Both the position numbers and the translations under genes were made by a program. From Candidatus Zhuqueibacterota bacterium (GTDB lineage: Bacteria > Zhuqueibacterota > Zhuqueibacteria > Thermofontimicrobiales > Thermofontimicrobiaceae): a stretch of 64,000 nucleotides of DNA. The stretch covers positions 21,801 through 85,800 of the forward strand of contig JBMOPW010000003.1 of NCBI GenBank assembly GCA_049322915.1. Reading direction: 5' to 3'. The notes under the pieces are model-generated. The model did not search any database, had not been told where the DNA came from, and was given only the letters and a program-made list of their open reading frames with translations. Positions 1-7,468 of the stretch are shown here, piece by piece; within the stretch, counting starts at the first letter, position 1; each line of letters begins with the position of its first letter.

Positions 1-2091
1 GGTGACGATTTTATACTCGCCGGGATTGATGGGATAGTCGGTCCCTGTCCCCGGAAATTGCCAGATTGAAGAAATTCCATCGATATCCGAAGTCAATCGG
101 CAGACAATTTTACCATCGAGGTATTCTGTGGTTGCGCCAGCATTGTACAACTCGATGTATTGGCATTCCAATTCGGTCATGGCGTAAGCGTTATAGAAAA
201 TTTCATTCATCTTCACCATGCTTGTCGTGACATAGGCGTCGTCCACATATTTCAGGATTCTCCCACCATAGGCCGCAGCCCAGAGAACATAATTGTTTTT
301 GGGAGCGATGCCTTTGATGAAATCACCGTACAAACCGACAGCCTGCAACGTCCAGTTCGTTCCACCGTCCGTCGTGGTGAGAATTGCGCCGTCATCGCCG
401 ACGATCCAGCCTTCCAATGGATTTTTGAAATAGACAGCTTCCAATTCTTCGGTTGTTGGAGAAGTTTGAAGCGTCCAGGTGGCGCCGCCATCGCCGGAGA
501 ATTGAATGACGCCATTTTCACCAACAGCCCAGCCATGAGTTGCGTCCAGGAAATATGCGCCATTGATGTCCCTCTCGCCACTCACTGTGAATGTGGATAA
601 ATTCCATGTTGCGCCGCCATTGGTGGTGTAATACAATGTATTGTCGGCGCCGCCGATGAAGCCGTTGTTTTCGTCCAGCATGAAAATTGTGTACAGCGTC
701 TCATTGGGCAGGCCAGTCTGCGCAGTCCAGTTGAGACCGGCATCGGTGGTTTTAAAAACTATCCCTTTTGCTGCTATGATCCAGCCAGTGGTATCATTGA
801 CAAAATCCACTTTGCGCAACCATTCGCCGGTCAGACCCTTACCCTGCAAATGCCAGGTAGCGCCGGCATCCTCAGTCCTGGCAATGAACCCGCCGGTTCC
901 GACAGTCCAGCCTGTGTCAGAGTTCACGAAATCCATACCCCACAATTGCGTGGCAATGGTGTTGTCCGCGACGAGGTATCGCGATTTCCAGGTGTATCCG
1001 CCGTCTGTGGTTTCCATCAGCGAGCTGTTATAACCCATGGCAATGGTGTGGCCTTCGTCGATGGTATAAATATAATACAGATTATGACCAAAAATATCGA
1101 CCAGTAATTCCCAGGTTTGGCCCAGGTTGTTGCTGTAGGCAATCGTCTCGTACTCGGCGACCCATGCTTGTTGGCCCACCAGAGCGACGCAGTTGGGACC
1201 GATGCCCAAGGCTACAGGTTGTTGAATCCAGGTACTGCCATCGGTCGTGGAAAACACTGTCCCATCATCGCCAACAGCGATGCCCGTGGTGTCATTAGAA
1301 AAGTCGATATCCCACATATTTTCATAGGTCTCTTCGGTTGGCGTGTACAGTGTCCAGGTATCGCCGCCGTTTTCAGTCCAGGCGAAGACGCTTTTCAGGA
1401 GGGATGTGGGGAAACCATCGCCGACCAACCAGGCTTTCGTGGCAGAGACCATTTTTACCGCATTATAATCTTTTGCCTGAATCTCGGCCACGGTCGTTGC
1501 CGGGGTCCAGGTAGTTCCCCAGTCGGAACTGTGGATAATGGTTTGCGCCTTTCCAACGGCAATGACTTTATCCATGCCAAAGTTGGAAGCGCCGTACAGG
1601 TCGTTGGCAGTGCCGCTTGTCTGCGTCACCCAGGTCTGGCCGTCGGTGGTTGCGCCAATTTTGCCGCCGTCAGCGACAGCGATGGCATGCATTTCATCGG
1701 CGACCACGATGTCGTTCATATCGGCTGTGGCGTCAAACGGCGTTTGGGTGACCCATGTTTCGCCGCCATCCGTGGATTTCAAAATCGTTCCATTTTCTCC
1801 AACGATCCATCCGGTCGTCTCATTAATGAAAACAACTTTGTTCAGGGTTTGGGATGTTCCGGACAGTCCCAATTCCCGCGTGATACCGCCATCCAGTGTT
1901 TTGAGGACCATACCATTCAGTCCTACAAACCAGCCGGTTTTTCCATCGGGCAGGAAAAATACATCGGTCACGGTACTGGGGACATCCGTCCGCGTCTCGA
2001 TTGTCCATGTCCCACCGGCAAAAGAAATTTCCGCGGAAATCAATAATGCTAAACAACTCAAGAGAACAAAAAACGTTAGCCCTCTCTTCAT
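1..2091 (-). CDS. Secreted BNR/Asp-box (Ycf48-like) beta-propeller repeat protein with C-terminal lamin-tail-like segment; partial, 3' end beyond window
   Basis: Manual minus-strand translation from ATG at 2091-2089: MKRGLTFFVLLSCLALLISAEISFAGG (signal peptide), then repeated xxDGGxTW units (KSTDGGETW, TTDGQTW, SSDWGTTW, TENGGDTW, STTDGSTW). Frame stays open to position 1; last codons read ECQYIELYNAGATTEYLDGKIVCRLTSD. Absent from ORF track because there is no stop codon in the window. Confidence 0.7.
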   Translation of the reverse strand, partial: MKRGLTFFVLLSCLALLISAEISFAGGTWTIETRTDVPSTVTDVFFLPDGKTGWFVGLNGMVLKTLDGGITRELGLSGTSQTLNKVVFINETTGWIVGENGTILKSTDGGETWVTQTPFDATADMNDIVVADEMHAIAVADGGKIGATTDGQTWVTQTSGTANDLYGASNFGMDKVIAVGKAQTIIHSSDWGTTWTPATTVAEIQAKDYNAVKMVSATKAWLVGDGFPTSLLKSVFAWTENGGDTWTLYTPTEETYENMWDIDFSNDTTGIAVGDDGTVFSTTDGSTWIQQPVALGIGPNCVALVGQQAWVAEYETIAYSNNLGQTWELLVDIFGHNLYYIYTIDEGHTIAMGYNSSLMETTDGGYTWKSRYLVADNTIATQLWGMDFVNSDTGWTVGTGGFIARTEDAGATWHLQGKGLTGEWLRKVDFVNDTTGWIIAAKGIVFKTTDAGLNWTAQTGLPNETLYTIFMLDENNGFIGGADNTLYYTTNGGATWNLSTFTVSGERDINGAYFLDATHGWAVGENGVIQFSGDGGATWTLQTSPTTEELEAVYFKNPLEGWIVGDDGAILTTTDGGTNWTLQAVGLYGDFIKGIAPKNNYVLWAAAYGGRILKYVDDAYVTTSMVKMNEIFYNAYAMTELECQYIELYNAGATTEYLDGKIVCRLTSDIDGISSIWQFPGTGTDYPINPGEYKIVT

Positions 2092-2129
2092 AAAAACCTC
2101 CGTTTGTATTGAGTTAAACATAAAAAAAA

Positions 2130-2159
2130 TGAATATATGAGAGTCGCTTCATATATTCA
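2130..2159. promoter_or_regulatory. Perfect 11-bp inverted repeat (tgaatatatga-N8-tcatatattca) about 40 bp upstream of the BNR gene start; candidate operator or 5' stem-loop
   Basis: Arms are exact reverse complements, read directly from sequence. Confidence 0.3.
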
Positions 2160-2652
2160 GGTCAAAGTTTAGCTACATAATTAGACAGATAAATGATTTT
2201 TGATAACCGTGATTCACGTTTTGATTTGTCTGAGAGTGGAAGTCATTAAATTTATGTTGAAAAGGAAGCATTAATAATATAAAAATATTATTCATTATGT
2301 CAAGAAGTATTTTTAATCAGGAACAGGCTTACACCAAAAGTGGACGCTCATACGTCGGATAAAATAGGCAATTTGAGCATGAAAGGGAAGCTCTGCCCCG
2401 GTGTGCATCAATGTCGGCGATAGATTGTATCAGAATTCGATGCGTGATCCGATCTCCTTTTGTCCGTCCGCCGATGTCATTAAGTGCAGCTGTACCAGCG
2501 ACGTTTTCGAGCGCCAGCCTCAGATCAATGCGCGTACCGGTTGTGGGCTCGATTTGTGCGAACACGTGATTGCGCCTGGTGTTGAGTTTAGCATTTAGCC
2601 TGAATTTCTAAGATGAAATGTCAAATGAGCGTACAGCATATTATTTTAGTAT

Positions 2653-2681
2653 GGAGTGAATTGACACAATCAATTCACTCC
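2653..2681. other. 12-bp perfect palindrome (ggagtgaattga-N5-tcaattcactcc) followed by a T-rich run; terminator-like hairpin of unknown role
   Basis: Read directly from sequence. Confidence 0.3.
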
Positions 2682-2997
2682 ATATATTTTTAGAAATTAA
2701 ATAGAGTCTGTCCGAAAACTGCTATTATTGACCTCACCCGAACCCTCTCCGAAAAGGCTTACCCTTACCCATATCTTTTCTAACGCAGAGACCGCAGAGG
2801 TACGCAAAGTTTTGGTATTGAAAAAAAGCTGTTTGCAAATTTATGAAACCATGTATTTTCCTGGTTATTCTGGTCTTCTGTGACTATGGGTGAACATGAT
2901 TTTCAATGTTTGATTGAAAATTTTAAAATCACTCTGGCCAATTCAACGCGGATCTTTTCTCTGCGCCCTTCGCGACCTCTGCGTTTCATTTGATGTG

Positions 2998-3105
2998 TTA
3001 ACCCTACTACGTCACATAGATTTTTTATCGTTGTATATTGTATTTTTGATAGATGAAAAACTCAACATAGTGTGATAAATTTACTAAATGACGTTGTAGG
3101 GTTAA
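2998..3105 (+). mobile_element. MITE family B copy 1 (108 bp, 17-bp terminal inverted repeats ttaaccctac[t/a]acgtca)
   Basis: 107/108 identical to the reverse complement of 40419-40526; ends are mutual reverse complements; no ORF. Confidence 0.7.
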
Positions 3106-3248
3106 TATCCCCCAACTTATGGGCAAGGGTAAGCCCAAAAGGCGAGGGAGAACAGATGGTCCCCTTCTTGCCCGCAGGGTAAGAAGGGGTTTTGGGGATG
3201 AGCTCTGACGTAGTGAAGTTTGAAAATATCACCCCCATAGCTAATTCA

Positions 3249-3410
3249 GCCTGCATTATTCATAGTATTTTTAGAGGAGGCTGGCTAACCTGAATGGTGC
3301 TCTTTTTAGAATAAACGTATAAAAACTGAGTTTCAAAATAGCTTAGCCTTTAGCTAATTGAAAATCTCAATGTTGACTCAAATTCTGAGCAAGTTCATGA
3401 ATAATTCAGG
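3249..3410 (-). mobile_element. MITE family A copy 1 (about 160 bp, terminal inverted repeat gcctg[a/c]attattcat), inverted relative to the other two copies
   Basis: Near-full-length reverse-complement match to 53139-53298 with a few mismatches; TIRs present. Confidence 0.7.
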
Positions 3411-3494
3411 TTAGGTGTTTTCGGACAGACTCTATTGAGCTAAACTTGATTATAAAAATCCATTTTAAAAATTTAGGTTTAGTAAAAAATAAAC

Positions 3495-4880
3495 TTATCT
3501 TCGTGCCGAATTGGCTACAGCGGCGAACATCTCTTTTGTGAACGCCACTTCTTTTTTGTGGTCAACAAGGCATGCCGGGTAGTCGGACAGCCCTTTCCCC
3601 GACTCCAGGCCGTGAATGGTCGCCGGGGTAAAATCTGACAATTCAGAGACCCATTTTCGAATGTAGCGGCATTCCCCGTCAAATTTTTTTTGCTGATTCC
3701 AGGGATTGAAAATGCGGAAATAGGGCTGAGCGTCGCAGCCAATGGATGCTGCCCATTGCCAGTTTCCGTTGTTGACGCAAGGATCATAATCCAGCAGGTG
3801 ACGCGCAAAATAGGCCTCGCCCCAGCGCCAGTCAATGCGCAAATCCTTCACCAGAAAGGACGCGACAATCATGCGCAGGCGATTGTGCATGAATCCGGTT
3901 TCATTCAACTCGCGCATGCCGGCATCCACAATGGGATAGCCGGTTTGCCCCTGACACCACGCCTGGAATTTATCAGCGTTGTTTTCCCAGACCAGCCCGT
4001 CGTATTTTCGTTTGAACGCATGCCCGAAGACATGGGGGAAGAAGTACCCGATCAGCGTGAAAAAATCCCGCCAGTAAAATTGCCTGATGAGCGGATGGTG
4101 TTCGCCCAACTGCTGAAAGACGCTGTAGTAGGCTTCCCGGATGGAACAGGCGCCAAATTTGAAATGCACTGAAAGTCGTGTGGTGGCGTCCAGTTCAGGC
4201 ACATCGCGCTCTGTCTCATACTGCCGGAACCGCTCAAGGCCGGATAGAATTTCCATTGCGCGGGATCGCCCTGCCGGAACCGAAGCAAGCTCGCTGTCCG
4301 GGGGTAAAACTTTCCCGAATATTTCGTCGTGAGACTGTCCCGGGCGCTTTGCTGATAAATTGGTAGGCACAGAAGAATTGGGCAACGGCACGGCCAGTTT
4401 CGAGGCATGATTGAAAAATGGCGTGAAGACTGTGTACGGGAAACCATCTTTTTTTAACGCAGCGCCGGGATCTGTCAGCAACGCATCGTGCAAGCCGATG
4501 AAAGGGGTATTTAACTTTTCACAGGCGGCGTTCAACTGCGCGTCGCGCTGCCGGCTGAATGGGGTGTAATCGTGATTGAAAAACACGGCATCGATGGCAT
4601 GCCCGGCCAGAATCTGCTCCAGCACACGGGCCGGGTCGCCGAAGAACAGAGATAAGCCACTGTCCATGTGAGTCAATTGAACATGAAGGTCTTGCAGCGC
4701 TTTCACCATGAAAAGCAGGCCCGGTCTGCTCCGATAGGGATGCGGTTCAACCTGTCGCGGATCAAAAATAAAACAGGGAATCACTTCCCGCGATCGCAGG
4801 AGCGCCTCGCGCAACCCGGAATTGTCTTCGAGCCGGAGGTCGCGTCGGAAAATAAACAGGGAGGTGTTGAATTTTTTCAT
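3495..4880 (-). CDS. phr: Deoxyribodipyrimidine photolyase / cryptochrome family protein
   Basis: 461-aa ORF; N-terminus FIFRRDLRLEDNSGL and C-terminal FAD-binding region (WRWGEAYFARHLLDYDPCVNNGNWQWAAS) typical of the photolyase family; ATG with GGAG upstream. Confidence 0.9.
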   Translation of the reverse strand: MKKFNTSLFIFRRDLRLEDNSGLREALLRSREVIPCFIFDPRQVEPHPYRSRPGLLFMVKALQDLHVQLTHMDSGLSLFFGDPARVLEQILAGHAIDAVFFNHDYTPFSRQRDAQLNAACEKLNTPFIGLHDALLTDPGAALKKDGFPYTVFTPFFNHASKLAVPLPNSSVPTNLSAKRPGQSHDEIFGKVLPPDSELASVPAGRSRAMEILSGLERFRQYETERDVPELDATTRLSVHFKFGACSIREAYYSVFQQLGEHHPLIRQFYWRDFFTLIGYFFPHVFGHAFKRKYDGLVWENNADKFQAWCQGQTGYPIVDAGMRELNETGFMHNRLRMIVASFLVKDLRIDWRWGEAYFARHLLDYDPCVNNGNWQWAASIGCDAQPYFRIFNPWNQQKKFDGECRYIRKWVSELSDFTPATIHGLESGKGLSDYPACLVDHKKEVAFTKEMFAAVANSARR

Positions 4881-4982
4881 AGTCAGGTCGTACTCCTGTC
4901 GAATCGAGTGGATACTATGACTTGAAATGCAGCATGGATGGGTTCGAAGGAACCATAGCGACGATTGATCGACTCAATGGCA

Positions 4983-5198
4983 TTAAATTTTGTTGCGAAT
5001 GAACCAGGAGATGATCAAATAGCCCAGCCAGAGAATCACAAACAGCCGCATGCCCAGCCAGAGCTGCTGGCCGATGTCTTTGAGGATGCCTTTGAACGCA
5101 CCGGGCTTGAACAATTGGCCTTTTATGGCCAACGAGAGCGCGCGATCGCCAATGACGAACAGGAAAAAGAAGAGAAGCAGGTAAGTCAGAAATTTCAT
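4983..5198 (-). CDS. Small hypothetical membrane protein (two predicted hydrophobic helices)
   Basis: 71-aa ORF, co-directional between photolyase and acyltransferase; hydrophobic helix pattern; no family recognised. Confidence 0.4.
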   Translation of the reverse strand: MKFLTYLLLFFFLFVIGDRALSLAIKGQLFKPGAFKGILKDIGQQLWLGMRLFVILWLGYLIISWFIRNKI

Positions 5199-5248
5199 AG
5201 TCCGGTCGATTCAACCTTTTCATTGTTGTGAAGTGACGGGATTTCAAT

Positions 5249-6373
5249 TCAAAACGCCATGCGCACCTGATAGACATTATCTTTCGAAAGGATGGCGGCT
5301 GCATTTTTCTCGATGGTCAATGGAAATATCAGGTCCGGCGTGCCTGCGCCGAAATTCAATGTATCAGCGGGCATTCGGGATAAATTGGTCACCAGACAGC
5401 CGGTGTCAGGATCAAAAGGTCGCAAGTCTTGAAATTCCCTGTTTTGTATGACCGCTTCAATCCTCTCCAAAAAGAACAGATAGCTCTCTCTGGTGATGGT
5501 CGGCCTGGCTTCGCGGATGGCAATGGCCAATTCTGCCACGGTTGCCGTCTCAACCGTCTGTTTCCTGAATGTGGCTGTGTGAAACATGATGCCGTTGCCC
5601 AAAAATTTTGGCCCATAGTGCGGAATCTGTTTTCTCACATCGATGGGCATGGTGAGCGAAACCCTGTCTGAAAAGTGTCCGGCTCGAACCTGTACGGCTT
5701 TTTTCAGGAAAACGGCTGAGAGAAAATCATTGGCGGAAATTTGTTGGCCGGCGTCAGCATTGATGGCATGCACCGCGTTACGCACTTCCTCTCCGGGAAT
5801 TTCCTGGCACTGAACTGTCGCATCATTTTGTGATGGAGGAGTTGGCAAATTCGTTTCCGGGAAATGAAATTTTTTGAGAATCGTACGGTGATAATTCGGC
5901 TTATAAAATGGGCGGATGAGATGCACCTTCAGCGGCATCAAATGGCTGCGGGACAGTGCTGCCCAGGTGGCCAGAAAATAAAAATAGCTGTAGCCGTCCC
6001 CGGCGAGGTGGCGCAACGAAGGGATGATAACCGTGCCATTGGTGAATTGGATGACCGTCACCCGAAACAATCGCGTCATAGCCGAGGAATGGATGTCTTT
6101 GTACTCATTCAAAATTGTTTCAATGGCAGCGCTGGCATCGAATGCTTCCGGGACGATCCTCTCTTCGAAGCAGGCAGCTTCCTCAAATTCAGCGCTGTGG
6201 ATTTTGCCAGCCTGATATGTTCCGAACAATGGCCAGAAGTCCGCTGCGACTTTCGCCAGAGCGGACAGGACTCGCTTCGTTGGGATTGTGTTTTTGAAGT
6301 ACAATAAAAACTCAATGGTATAGCTGCCGTTTGCAAAGACAGCATCGACCTGAGAAATAGATAGCGATTTCAT
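5249..6373 (-). CDS. HxxxD-motif acyltransferase (condensation/CAT-like superfamily)
   Basis: 374-aa ORF with SLRHLAGDGYS matching the HxxxDG catalytic motif of CAT/condensation/BAHD-type acyltransferases; ATG start. Confidence 0.55.
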   Translation of the reverse strand: MKSLSISQVDAVFANGSYTIEFLLYFKNTIPTKRVLSALAKVAADFWPLFGTYQAGKIHSAEFEEAACFEERIVPEAFDASAAIETILNEYKDIHSSAMTRLFRVTVIQFTNGTVIIPSLRHLAGDGYSYFYFLATWAALSRSHLMPLKVHLIRPFYKPNYHRTILKKFHFPETNLPTPPSQNDATVQCQEIPGEEVRNAVHAINADAGQQISANDFLSAVFLKKAVQVRAGHFSDRVSLTMPIDVRKQIPHYGPKFLGNGIMFHTATFRKQTVETATVAELAIAIREARPTITRESYLFFLERIEAVIQNREFQDLRPFDPDTGCLVTNLSRMPADTLNFGAGTPDLIFPLTIEKNAAAILSKDNVYQVRMAF

Positions 6374-6642
6374 CTCTCTTTCAAATTTTGTTTGGAGTCC
6401 ATGCGGCGCGCACCTGGCGAGCCGTCAATGACTGTAATAAGAAAAATGCAAGCCCTGCGTTGTGTCCGTGATTCATCTTTATCAGAAAAAGCGTACGAGC
6501 CATGCCATGAATATCCAGTGATTGCCGATGAAAAAGATGATCCGACAGCGTCATTCCTGGCGCAGGAGGAACAAAGCCCCGGATACTGGCATTTGTCCGG
6601 ATGGGTTGCGTCCTTCAAGTTGCAACGGGTGCAATTTAACAT
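6370..6642 (-). CDS. Small Cys-rich hypothetical protein (90 aa), translationally coupled to the acyltransferase
   Basis: ATG at 6642-6640; stop TGA overlaps the acyltransferase ATG (ATGA on minus strand at 6373-6370); motif NCTRC...CQYPGLCSSC; no SD seen, so real expression is uncertain. Confidence 0.35.
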   Translation of the reverse strand: MLNCTRCNLKDATHPDKCQYPGLCSSCARNDAVGSSFSSAITGYSWHGSYAFSDKDESRTQRRACIFLITVIDGSPGARRMDSKQNLKER

Positions 6643-6912
6643 AAATTTATTTTTGAAGCAAGAAGATTATTGCCAGAATTTGGATGCATCTTTCCGCCAG
6701 CCGGGATGTGTGACTTGATTTACGGCTCCCCTTCTCCGCAGCGCAATGGCCGGAGAGACCCAAAGGCCGAATCATCGCGAGGGATCATTCCGGTCGACCT
6801 GTTGAGCGCGGATTTTCCCGGGTCGAAAAGCTCCTGCAGCGGACACAGTCGGATTGTTCGCGCACACTGCGTCCGGGATTTTCAGGACGAACGAACGGAT
6901 TGTGTTCTGTTT

Positions 6913-7275
6913 TTATTTGAAAGAGTCCCTGTTGCGAAAGAGGATGAGCGAATAGACGCCAATGCCAATCCACACGGCATTGACAAACGCTGAAGGGAGG
7001 GCGTGGTAATAGCCGGCATTCAAAACCAGAAACGAGCTCCCGACAATGTTCATCACCTGGTACAGGGTGGATGTCGCTTCGATCCGCTTTGACGAGACCA
7101 GAAAATAGGCGGCCAGCAGCAGCACTGCGCCAAGCCAGCCGAGAATATCAATGAGAAGTTTGAGGTGCAATATCAATTTCCAATTTTGGGATTTAAAAAT
7201 TCTGTCACTGACGGCATGTGATCCGCGAAGCGGCAGGTATCGGCGCAGCCACACGGAGAGCGAATCCCGGATCAA
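6913..7275 (-). CDS. Small hypothetical membrane protein; start uncertain (TTG in track)
   Basis: C-terminal two-thirds strongly hydrophobic (LGWLGAVLLLAAYFLV...NAVWIGIGVYSLILF); true start may be internal. Confidence 0.4.
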   Translation of the reverse strand: MIRDSLSVWLRRYLPLRGSHAVSDRIFKSQNWKLILHLKLLIDILGWLGAVLLLAAYFLVSSKRIEATSTLYQVMNIVGSSFLVLNAGYYHALPSAFVNAVWIGIGVYSLILFRNRDSFK

Positions 7276-7468
7276 CGTTCGTCTTCAAATTTCGGGGAAT
7301 CATCGGCAACGGCGATGCGTCTCAAGGTTATCTACATTTGGGAAGAACTCCATTCCGGGCATGGATCAATTCGAACGCTGCGCCCAGTGAAAGGAAGAAC
7401 CACGCGCTGTTCAGGTCGTGCTGTCGCTGACTTACTTATTTTCATCAGAACTATGGCCGGGTGCGTTG

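Larger units (their letters stand above)
2700..3436. repeat. Composite repeat unit bounded by a perfect 20-bp inverted repeat, enclosing one copy of each MITE family
   Basis: aatagagtctgtccgaaaac at 2700-2719 has its exact reverse complement at 3417-3436; interior shows further partial inverted similarity (2738-2776 vs 3116-3150). Confidence 0.6.

Noticed and set aside
2329-2598. Small overlapping ORFs on both strands (78 aa minus, 65 aa plus) in the repeat-rich interval
   Set aside because: No RBS, non-ATG starts, no recognisable motifs; may be a degraded gene remnant but cannot be supported as a gene.
2600-3450. Possibility that the dispersed repeats represent a CRISPR array
   Set aside because: The repeats are inverted and non-tandem, with no regularly spaced direct repeats and no cas genes in the window.
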